A stretch of 62,617 bases of DNA, counting the filler, from Choristocarpus tenellus KU-1152 (taxonomy: Eukaryota > Protista > Phaeophyceae): the NCBI GenBank assembly GCA_964200185.2. It is 10 parts of 10 records of this genome, joined end to end, with 100 filler letters (N's around TTAATTAATTAA, not from the genome) between each part and the next. Parts side by side here need not be neighbours in the genome. Positions count along the whole stretch, not along the records: positions 47,627 to 52,489 come from CAXNAD020012744.1; positions 52,590 to 56,207 come from CAXNAD020018929.1; positions 56,308 to 62,617 come from CAXNAD020008415.1; 7 more parts are not named here. One strand, 5' to 3'. The notes under the pieces were generated by a model that did no database searches, had not been told where the DNA came from, and worked only from the letters and a program-made list of their open reading frames with translations. Below, piece by piece: positions 52,083 through 62,617 of the stretch. How positions within the stretch are numbered: position 1 is the stretch's first letter; every line of letters starts with the position of its first letter. The translations under genes were made by a program, and so were the position numbers.

Positions 52083-54218
52083 CTGGAAACAAAGCAAGGT
52101 CGGTGGAGGATAATGCGGTCTTACCCGTCAAGGTCGCAAACCAATTGCATCTGTTTGCGACCACGATGAACACAAACCTTCCAGGAGAGTAAGAACTGGA
52201 CCTAATATAGAAGCATCGACAGCCTGGAGACTGACTCTGAGTTAAAACCTTCATATGACTGAAATTGGGCATCAGTCACCCCTGCTCGCCTCCTTACCTC
52301 TAAGAAAAAGAGTGAATGCATGCCGCTACACCATCCAAGTGCATGAAACATTCCAAATAGAAAGGCGACACGAGCAAAGCAGACCAAGAAACAGGCATCC
52401 AATCAGACGAATTAAAAACCTCCCCCCCCCACCTGCACCCCCCCCCCACCTCCCAGCCCAACCCCCCACCTACAATGCCCCCCCCAACCNNNNNNNNNNN
52501 NNNNNNNNNNNNNNNNNNNNNNNNNNNNNNNNNTTAATTAATTAANNNNNNNNNNNNNNNNNNNNNNNNNNNNNNNNNNNNNNNNNNNNGCAGGAGTAAA
52601 CGCAGTGATATTTCCATCATCCCATGTCTTTGGTGGTGTAATGGGGACGGGGATGTCAAGAGACGATTGTAAACGAGCCAGATCACTTGTTGAAAAAAAG
52701 ATATTTTGACTCAAGTACCACTATATACATGTTAATATAATCTTCTCAGGTCCTACACCCATCTTACATGGATAGAAGAAAGACACAGTGAACCAGAGTG
52801 AAGATAATCAAGACATCTAAGTACACAGCTGGGTCTAATAATCCGAGGTACGTGTGGAAGCATACGGGAATTGGGAACCGTAGGATACGGAAAGGACAAG
52901 ACTGGAGAAGGAATGCAGCGTATAACTGCCAATGAAGGGAAAGAACAATACATGGTTGTCATTCAGTTGCTGAAGTATATTAGGTGACCTAACCTGGTCA
53001 AGGTCATAGCCATAGATAGGGATAGGAGTTGGCAAAAAGCAAGGGTGGTAAACTTATTGTAGAAATGTGTTCCTCTTGATCTGTTATGTGATTATTGGTG
53101 TTTTGTTCCTGTGCTCGTTATACAAAGAAGAAAGAATAATGCAGTATATTAGTAGTTAATGCTGACTGTGGACGATCACGTACCCCACATTATAGGATAC
53201 GACTAGGGTGGCTCATCCTCTGCTGTTCACTCAGCGGAACCGAGACCAAAGCCCATTGCAAACATACATATAATTATTACATTCACATCAAGGAATATTG
53301 TCCTGTATAAGCACATCATAAGAAATTCGCCGTGCATTTGAGAGGAGATATTCAACTTCCCAATTGAATATCAACCAGTCCAGATTTGCTACCTCATTAG
53401 CTACATATCATGATCAAAGCCAAACATAGACCACAAACACAAAAGAGGAACACCATGCACAGGCCTCACTATGCACACCTCCATGTACCACCGCCACACA
53501 ATACATCTAATAGCAGCAGTAAACAGAAAACAAGTCAATGTACGGATAGGCTTAGCGTACCCTGTCAAACCAACTGCCACCTTGTATCACCGAAGCACTG
53601 GGTAATGATGATCGAGGACTTAAGGGTTGGACTATGAAAAATCTTATTAAGGAGAAGACACATCTCTCAGCTTCAGAATACATTATGATAAAGGGTGGCC
53701 TCTCCTTGCACTTGTCCTTAGTACAAAGATGAGCACACTGAGTCTGCCGAGCTAACCTTATTCTCAAAAATTGGATATACAGTAGGTATTATTTCTTTTC
53801 GACAAGTCAATGACTTGCAATGCCATGGGCATGGAGACACGTCGCGCTGGGGAAGCTCCTGCTGACACTCTCCTGCTCACACCTTTAACCTAGAACTTTG
53901 ATGCTGTATAAATGGACAACACGCAGATATGTGCTCTGGAGTACACCCCATTCAAAACCGAACCTTGCCACGGGGCCGTCAATACCTGTGTTTGAGAACA
54001 TAGAGAGTAAAGGCGATCGAGAGTCTGCGTTCCTACATGAGCCCCTTAATAGAAGAGAATAGAAAACGGATTACTTAGAAGTAGCCCGCAAAGGATAGGT
54101 GTGAGGGGCGCTCCGTTCTCAAGGGGCGACAAGACAAACGTATCGGTACGAGTCCCTTCTTGAAGCTTGAAGAGAGACTCCACAGATCTCGAGGAAAACA
54201 CTGCGCTGCTCTCGTTCC

Positions 54219-55068
54219 TCACGATCGGCTGGTGGTCTTCTTCTTCGACCTGGAGGATTTGGAGGATTTGGACTTTCGTATCTCTTCCCTAAGAGGACCA
54301 TTCACGTGACGGATGGTATTCTCAGCGCTACTTTGCAAAGTGTGGAACAGTCGTTGGCACTCCCCGGGACTCCTCCTTTCCTGCAGTGTGGGAGGGAGAC
54401 CAAGAAGTCGTACCGAAGAAGTGTGGAGGGTTGTGATATGCGCAATAGCAGTTTGTCAGTCAGCACCTGTGCACTTGGAAGCACTACCTTGGTATAAGAG
54501 GGATCGATTCAGAGATGCAAGTTCGACAATCCCTTGGGAAGGGCACCGCAATGCGAGGTTTGGTTATGTCAGCACTCAGCAACAGGGTGAAACGAGGGAA
54601 GGTGACAGTCGACCCCAAGCTGGATACTCGAAGAGACTTGAGAGTATTTCTTTGATTGACTCGAGGTCTAGAAGAGCCCAGTTACTTTGTTTCCATTGTA
54701 AGCGGTATAATGAACTGTATGCGAAAAAACAGTAGTTTTTTCAGTACATATATCTTGTGTTTCCTCACCCTGCCAGCTTGCTCCAGTTGTGCACAGAGGG
54801 CTTCTAGCTGTAACGCCTTCATCATTCCAGTTCTCCCCTTGAGCTTGTGTGCTATTCTTCTAACTTCATCCGCTTTGGACGCATCTGAAGACCTGCCTGC
54901 GTACGCTCGGATGGCTGCGTAGCAATCAGTGACGGTACTCTGCACAGTTGATGTGAACGATGGGATGAAGTCCAAGATGTCATCATCAGAAAACCCACAA
55001 TCTCGTTTGAGAGACCTCCTGTCCAATAGAGGAAGGTGGGACACTGAGGAGTGCCGATCGTCAGCCAT
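54219..55068 (-). CDS. Stand-alone histidine phosphotransfer (Hpt) protein (~153 aa)
   Basis: Exons 55068-54769 and 54380-54219 (phase 0, GTGAGG...CTGCAG). Reads VRRIAHKLKGRTGMMKALQLEALCAQLEQAGR-ERRSPGECQRLFHTLQ. In-frame stop just upstream of the ATG. Confidence 0.85.
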
Positions 55069-55619
55069 CTTCCCACTCGAGGCTATGGTCTATTTGTGGT
55101 CCATTCATCACACCTGTGACCTATGTAAGTGTGGTTTTTATTGCTTGTTTACAACGATAGATACAGAGAGTGCAATACCCAATTCGCGATAGTTCCATGA
55201 GGAAGTGGTTTGAACATGACTTTCTATCATTTACATTTTTCCAATAAAAATCAAACTTTCTTCTTTGAAAAGTATAATTTCGTTCTTATTGTATCGGTGT
55301 AAATTTTCGTCACGATAAAAATGATGATGTATGATTTTGCTCAGAAGAACAACGATGTTTCCTTCGAAAGAACAAAGTGGGAGTAAGGAGGAGATTGGAA
55401 CCCTAAATATAGATCCAACAGTATTTCAAGAGGTTCATATTTAGTGGTTCTGATACCTTTCTTGAAGGAATCCCACTCCACGTCAGATTCTCATTTCATC
55501 TGTGAAATTTATTGCGGACAATCTGTCGGACGGAAGAGAGATTGAAGGTGGTTTCAGATATTTTTGTTTGACGTAGATAGAGCCAAGATTGTAGAGTCAA
55601 AGGGTCCCCAGTTCCGATC

Positions 55620-55760
55620 TTCTCATACCATAGCTGACCCTCCTTGGGTTAAGCAAATTTCTGTCCTGTTGAGTTCCTCCCAATCTCCATCTTCAAAGCG
55701 TAACCTCCAATACGGTGCCTTGAAATCGAATTGCTGGTTATTTCTGTACCTGAAAGGGAT
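55620..55760 (-). mobile_element. Probable LTR-retrotransposon polyprotein C-terminal fragment
   Basis: FDFKAPYWRLRFEDGDWEELNRTEI resembles the small Tudor/chromo-like tail of Gypsy-type polyproteins. Confidence 0.4.
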
Positions 55761-56339
55761 TATTCCAACCATGGAGAACGCAAATAAACAGAGAGGGCAC
55801 CAACGGATGACAAGAGTGAGCATGTGAATAAGACCGAACCTACTCTACAGGAAATCGAGACATGCGTAACACATAACATTAATGCTGTCAGCACCCCCAT
55901 GCATAATCCCAAGACTTCGAGATTATGGTCCAGGGCAGAGGTCATTGGTGCGACCTGATGGACGTAGTAAGGCGGCCCGCACTATTGCCTACCCTCAAGG
56001 TTGTAAAGAGAAACCCTGAAGCCGTGCACTCCAGCACAGTCCATTGATGCAGAAGCTCCGTTCCTCGCTGAGGGTGGGCCATAGATGCGACGATGCAGAC
56101 CCTTTCCCCCCAATTGAAGAAACATGTGGAGAGGGAAACAAGTCCATAGCATTCCAGGGAGCTGACAACAGTTCCATGCGATAAGCCAAGGCTCAAAATG
56201 TCTGGGGNNNNNNNNNNNNNNNNNNNNNNNNNNNNNNNNNNNNNNNNNNNNTTAATTAATTAANNNNNNNNNNNNNNNNNNNNNNNNNNNNNNNNNNNNN
56301 NNNNNNNCCCCTTCATATCTTTACTCCCCCAACCACTGT

Positions 56340-56701
56340 GAATGCAGACGTCTAGTGTCCCCGCTACGTAGCGCAGAACATATTGCAGTCCTCACCAGTG
56401 CCGCATGCATGGAGAGGCCGCCCTGAGCCCCGGTTCATGAACGCTGTTGGCCAGGTCCGGGCGAGTCATGCCTGCTAGAAACATGAGTTGGCCAAGCATG
56501 CTGGCATAGGGGTAGATGGTAGGATTCAGTTCCTCCTCGTTGTCGTGCCTGGCAAAGAGAGTCCAGGGCGTCGATGCTCCAACCTCTGTACGCTGTAACG
56601 GACATGACGACCCGTAGTGTGTCATAACCCATCACCAGGCAGAAGTTTTCGAAGAAGTCCACACCTGCGTTTTGTGTGAAGCCGCGGGCCACAAGTCGCG
56701 C
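56340..56701 (-). mobile_element. Ty1/Copia reverse transcriptase fragment, internally deleted
   Basis: ARLVARGFTQNAGVDFFENF...GWSIDALD is joined almost directly to YPYASMLGQLMFLAGMTRPDLANSV...RHW..LQYVLRYV. The YVDD core is missing. Confidence 0.88.
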
Positions 56702-56895
56702 ACGTCAGCAGACACGTCAGAACGTGTCTGTGTCAGTCACACTACGTCACTAGTTCTGCGTCAGTCGTAGCTGCGTCAGTCGTCCTGCGTCAGCTACTTA
56801 TATTAAGCAGAAATAAAACACCAACCCATCGAAACTCGAACCTGTTACCCTAGCGTACAAAAACAAATCTTTGACACTTACTCCACTAAGTCAAA
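56702..56895 (-). mobile_element. Possible tRNA-derived SINE-like element
   Basis: A-box-like TGACTTAGTGG (56893-56883) and B-box-like GGTTCGAGTTT (56842-56832), followed by repeated TGACG motifs. No complete cloverleaf. Confidence 0.4.
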
Positions 56896-56955
56896 ATGTC
56901 TGTTACGTAGTACTGTATACCAAACACATAAGAACCTATAGACTACCAGCCTATA

Positions 56956-58770
56956 TTGCACATGGACAAGGATGTGGCATTTTTCAAAGTGAAACAATTA
57001 CTCACTACAACAACCTCAGTTCTCATATTCCCTGACCTTAACAAAGAGTTCATTGTCGTCCATGTTTATGCCAGTGAGGGTAGTGCTGGAGATTTTTTAG
57101 CACAACCCCGATCCAATAATCCTGTTGACCTAGGTATCATTGCTTACTTCAGGAAGAATGAAGTTCAACCTCACTATTCCACTATATCAAGAGAGTGCTA
57201 TCCATTCATTACGACTATCACTTATTGGTGACCGTATCTCTGGGATAGACATTTTATCCGCATTCCAGATCATGGCGCTTTGTGTTTGTTACTTGTATAG
57301 AATGCAGGATACCAGTACAAGCTAATGATCATCTCACTGTCAAACACAAGGCCAGTAACCTAAATGTGACACTTCACACTCTATCTCGTATTTTTTAGTT
57401 TGAGGAACATAAGAAATCTGTTCGCATATGGTGCTGAGATTGTCAAGCATACCATAGGCCACTCATCTTTTATGTACTTTATACAATACAGTATTGTGAA
57501 CGTTGATTCTCACATTGGTACCTGGTCGTTTCTCACATTTACATCATTAGCACCCCATCGTAGCATCATCTACTACTGTCAGAACATCCATCTGCATAGG
57601 AAGTATGGAACAGTCGACATCTATCAAACATATAAGCAAAGTATGTACCATATATGAGTTCAAGATATTGATTCAAGTTTGTTTCTTTGATTTTTGATCT
57701 TCACATTTACTACCATCAGTTGTATCTCATATGTTTATTGTTCTTTTTTTCTCTGGTTATCTTTACCCTCACATAGACGTCCAGTAGTTGTTCACTCTGT
57801 ATCAGGTGTACCTGAGACACAACTGGATGCAATATATTAAGAGTTAAAACATCCATAAAACCATTCTTCACAACATGACAAGCTCTACACAGTACACAAG
57901 TCTCTTTGTTTGAATGTACCAAGGAATACCCTACATTGCTGTACCAGGTAACCTCTGACTGTACAAAGCACTTAACTAGGTTCATCAGCATGAATTCGCC
58001 AGTGCTTCATTGCACTATGACACCCCTTCACCACAACCAACCTACCACCGTACAAGAGCACAATCCATTCAATCCCAGGTTTCAACAGGTTACGAGCCTC
58101 GCATGATTCCTTTCAAGAAAGGTTTCAACACCAAACGTGTAAGAAGACTGCTCGTAACGGAGCTACACTTTTCACTGGCCATATATGCCCGTTGACAGAC
58201 CATTTCAACTTGTTGCTATCGATTTGGTAGAGTACAAAACACGTTCCCCAGCAGCAAATGGTGTGATGTGCTCGTATATGTTGTCTGCCATTAATTATCA
58301 CCTAAATCGTTTTATTGTGCTGTGCTATATTTTAATTTCTTGACCCACCTGAGTTATTTCATTCCAATCAAGGTACCGGATTTGAAAACAGTATCATTGC
58401 AGGTTTTCAGTCTGTCTTTGGTTACAAGAAAACCAAAACCACACCGTACAATCCCCAAGGAAATTCTGTGTTAGAGACAGTACATGCTACACATTCAATG
58501 TATATCTCTGTTGTTGAGAATAACTGGGCATCACCACTGCCTTTCATACAGTTAGCTTCAAAACGCAGATTTCAGTGTAAAGTTGCTTGAAACCCTGTTT
58601 TTCCTTCTGTTTGGAAGACAAGCTCGTTTGCTTACCTGTTGATAGTATTCTTGGTTTGTCTAATGCTGATTCAGATGTCACTACTGAAGAGTTTACTCAG
58701 CAAACCAAAGATAATGTACAGCTGGCCTTTGAGTTGTCACGCCATAGCCTCCGTGAACACTATTTTGCTT
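56956..58770 (+). mobile_element. Decayed Ty3/Gypsy pol (RT-RNase H and integrase)
   Basis: AFFKVKQLLT..VLIFPDLNKEFIV..ASE..IIAYF..YSTISREC (RT connection/RNase H). QGTGFENS..FGYKKTKTTPYNPQGNSVLE (integrase core). Many stops. Confidence 0.85.
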
Positions 58771-59207
58771 GAGACTTTTTTGGGCAACCTTTTAGTGTCT
58801 ACACAAGGCCCCCATAAAATATGAACATACGAAAAAAATCTTGCATCTTCATTGGGGTGCAAAAGTTATGTTATATTTAATTCCGAAAGGAGGAAGTATA
58901 TTCTATCTTCACTCCAGTACCTTCCCAACCTGTGGTCAGAGGTACTGAATACTGCACTGAATACTGTTCTCTTACCATCTGTTCTGTCTGTTACACTATG
59001 ACTAACTGTGCTACTTTCTCTGTTCATGTGTTGCTTCTTGTGCATTGGGTTCAACCATCCCATTGCTAGTCTTCTGCCTCCACCCTTGAATCTTGTGCTG
59101 AAACTACCTTGACAATACATGGCAATTAGAGTTATCACTTGGACTTTGAATGGTTGAAGTCGAATACCCATTAAAATAACTGTACTGTGCAGTGGACCGT
59201 ATATATA

Positions 59208-59966
59208 CTCCTCTACCATGTCTATATCGTTATGGCTTTTGTGAATAACTTTTTCAAATGTGAGATTCAGAAATAACAAATAACGTTTGAAGGTCAACAA
59301 CTTTGACTTACACATAGATATCTTAAAAGATTTTTTTATTCGAAATGGTTGAGAAACCGGCCCCTGAAAATAAATGTCTTTTTTGGAAAAGGGAGATAAA
59401 GCAAAAACAGCAAAACCAACCAAAAATGGGTGGAAACGATGGTTAGTTGGCCACAACGTCTCAATGAGACGTCCGATGAAGACACCATTAGTTGCGTTGG
59501 ATTCCTTGGCGTTTTTTGCATTAAACTAATTACTCGTCACTCCCATTCTCTCCCCCAATCCACCAAGTTGTGGTCGTGTTGTAGGTGTCTCTCTCAATGG
59601 GGATCAAGTGATCCAGAACTCCCCCACAAGAGAATGAGAGTGACGAGTAATTAATTTAATGCAAAAGACGCCAAGGAATCCAACACAACTAACCGAGTCT
59701 TCATCAGAGGTCTTGTTGGGACGTTATGACCAATTAACCATCATTTCCAGTAACTTTTTGTCGATTTTGCTGTTTTTGCTAAATCTGCCATTTCTGATTA
59801 AAAAAAACATTTCTGTTCAGAGGGCAGGCAGTTTTTCGATCATCTCGAAATGAAAAAATATTTTGAAGATATCTATGTGCAAGCCGAAGTTGTTGGCTTT
59901 CGAATGATATCACATTTAAAAAAGGTATTTACAAAAACCATAACAATACAGACTTTTGGGATAGAG
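59208..59966. mobile_element. Foldback / long-TIR MITE (~760 bp), TA-flanked
   Basis: ~350-bp imperfect inverted arms around a ~65-bp spacer. Ends TA|CTC... and ...GAG|TA, resembling Tc1/mariner-type (Stowaway-like) ends. Confidence 0.85.
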
Positions 59967-59999
59967 TATAATATATGTTTGTATATTGGAATGACAATT

Positions 60000-62617
60000 T
60001 TTTATTGATATTTGACTAGACTTGCATTCATTGTTTTGACAATTATGATGACATATGCATGTCATCCTGATTCCTTTGTGGAAAGTATCTTGATTTTCAT
60101 CTTCTTACTGGATGTGACAAATACCAAGTTGATCATACCCACCATTTGTTTTGATGTTCACTCTCAAACTCTTGAAAAAATTGGCACCCAATTTATCTTG
60201 ATTCCAGGAAACACCACCTCTACCAGGCAGATTCTTGGTACTCTTCAGACTTTAACAATCAAGACACCTTTGTACACTAACCATAACTAGTCCTCTTCAC
60301 ATGTTGTGATTTTGCGATTTGATATCCAGATCGTGAACACCATTAGTAGTCACGATTGTTCTGACAGGTTACTCTCACAGGCTGCCCTCATAGATGGGAA
60401 CAGATTCCTCTCCGTTTACCCAAGGAAGACTAGGTTCGCATGCCAGCTAGCCTCGTGTAAGAGTAGATGCGATATGTTGAGGGGGAACATCTCATATACG
60501 CATCCTTAAATGACAAGTAACATCATGTCCTGTCTTTCACGGTGGCCAATTACCCGTAATGAAGAAGAAAATACCCTCAATGGCACATTTTATTATTCAT
60601 GGGCCTTTACAGTTGGAAATGTAGTCTACACCACTACTTAACATGGTAATATTTCAACGAATGTAGCAATTGAACAAAGCTATATGCATCACACCCTCAA
60701 GAAAAAACACATCTATTTGATAAGAGTGATGGAATATAAGACCTTACTCATCTGTATGAATGACTGGACTGTGACTGTAAGGCGATGGGTCTGGCCATGT
60801 CTATCAGGGTATTTAAGACATTGACAGACTTTACCACAGATTGTTGCCACTTCATACACACTACTGGTTTTTTTTGTTATTATTGTTATCATATTATTAA
60901 TATTTACTCACTTTTAGTCTGGAACTTCTCCGCTACAAACCCATTGACCAGTGGTCAGATGGCAGTGAAAACTGTACTATTATTTCTCATACCCTACAAA
61001 CTACCTGTTGCACTACAACTAATTGCACTGTCTTGTGCTTGCTATAATTTTTTCGCACACATTGGGTTTAGCTGTCCCCGCCGCTTGTTCCTCCATTTCC
61101 TCCCTCAGATCTGGTGCGTACTCCCTCCGTCCACAATGAATCTCCACCACCATGATTCAATTCTTTATGTTCCCTTTTTTGTTTAGCACAAGATTGGAAG
61201 AAAGGTATGATGTACTTGATTGACACAGTTGTCCATGAAAGTCAAATTTCCTGTGAAGAAGATATGGCCTCTACAACCAGGATTCAAACTTGGGCATGTT
61301 TATGATGGAATACAGATGGACAGCCACCTGACCTAAGTGGACAAGCTCATTAGTTATTTTTGTCTCTTTTTTTCCTGGGTTTGAGGAGAAAGGGAACTTG
61401 AGTTCCCCTCACCTCACAACCTGCTTTACCTTTTCAACCTTCTGTGATTACCATTTTCCCACAAGCATCTTTACCCTATTGGCTTTTAGTTCAGAGATCA
61501 TCTGTACACTTGAAGAACTGGAACCTCTTCCCTATCTTTATCCTTGTAGACAACATCTTATTTTCATCGCAAGCTACAAACTGTTAGAAATCAAGGTGTC
61601 AGACGAAGGGAGTAAGTATATCAAGATGGGCCCAGAATTCAAGGTCAAGACAAAGAAGGCACACACAGGTCAAGTTCTATACTTTGTAACAAGCCACCAG
61701 ATAACTACAACACTCTGTATCCCTTGGAGCTGCCTGCAACAATTCACAGTCCAACGGACCAAAATATATTGAAAATTGGTACTACAACTTAGTACGAGAT
61801 TTTGGCTGGTTTTGTATGAAAAGTCCTCTAATAGATAGTTGTGGAGACACGCACTATTTTCCACTGACTCCTTTATTGGACATATCTTGATCAGGTTGTT
61901 GGATGTCACAACATTTCGAGTTGATCAACCCACACCTTCCAGTTTGGTATCCACTCCTTTCAAAGTCTCTCTTTTCCACATAGTTTTCTGATCCAAGAAA
62001 TAACGCCCCTACTGGAAAAAATGGACAGGTTAGTTCAGATCGAAGATAATCAAGATACCTGGCTAAGAACATCACCTAAGATCTATTCCTTTTTACACCT
62101 CCTGAGTCAGGGCTACAGTATTCCTTATCTTTGATGCCCAACCACCATTTTGTTTGCAATGGCTCACCTTCTGCAGAGTATTGTACTGAGGTACTATTGG
62201 CAATGTTCACCTTGCCAGGGTATACAATGACACAAGCTTTCTGTGAAGAGGAACTATTCACGACAAGAGGGAACTGAACCTGCAGGTTTTTGTCATTGGA
62301 ACTGCCATCACCCTATTGGGTATATTGACTTCAGATACTGCCACAATCTATTTTAACTTTCTGCATCACATTAGTGGCAGTATCTGCGAGCTTAAGTCTA
62401 ACAATTTGTCTTTGAAGAAAAGTGAGACCACCAGTCCAGGATTTCAGGCCTAGGTGGGCATGCGAGCATTCTGGCAAAAGGCACAATCCAGCCTGTTCTA
62501 ATCTTCTTGTTCCTTTTCCAACATTGCCCCATCAGAGGCAGTGATTGAACCCCCCCATACTATAGTCATATCATAGGTGCTCCTCAGCCACCTCCTCCCA
62601 TTGGTGAATTCTAGTGA
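60000..62617 (-). mobile_element. Heavily decayed retroelement-like remnant
   Basis: CpG-poor, stop-ridden coding-like sequence with a possible RNase H start (SITASDGA ~62530). Family not resolved. Confidence 0.3.

Noticed and set aside
54682-54768. ORF-track C-terminus of the Hpt protein (VRKHKIY...METK)
   Set aside because: Read-through into an intron. The exon at 54380-54219 supplies a better final Hpt helix.
10214-56307. Regularly recurring TTAATTAATTAA motif as a biological repeat or CRISPR-like array
   Set aside because: It is always centred in exactly 100 nt of N padding, so it is an assembly linker.
56825-56900. Functional tRNA gene
   Set aside because: A/B-box-like motifs are present, but there is no pairing acceptor or anticodon stem.

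Overview
Eukaryotic, intron-containing, repeat-rich DNA, most likely from a photosynthetic stramenopile (ochrophyte, brown-alga-like). This is inferred from ASAFAP-type plastid presequences, TTAGGG repeats and the TE types present. The window is not contiguous: ten contig pieces are joined by nine artificial 100-nt spacers (N44-TTAATTAATTAA-N44), so adjacency across spacers is unproven. I built spliced gene models by hand with phase-consistent GT-AG junctions. They are a SCYL2-like pseudokinase (3' partial), a PLAC8 protein, an unknown protein with a probable thylakoid-lumen presequence, ketopantoate reductase, a CEP78-like LRR protein (5' partial), an Mpv17/PMP22 protein, an NSE4-like N-terminus, the last exon of a BTB/BACK-type protein, and a stand-alone Hpt phosphotransfer protein. 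The rest is decayed TEs (hAT, IS630/Tc1-like, Copia, Gypsy, RTE-like LINE), three MITE families sharing one terminal motif, a ~760-bp foldback element and interstitial telomere-like repeats. I see no convincing new multi-gene system, CRISPR array, rRNA or intact tRNA. The best leads are the Hpt protein, the lumen-targeted unknown protein, the shared-terminus MITE group and the apparent CpG decay of repeats.
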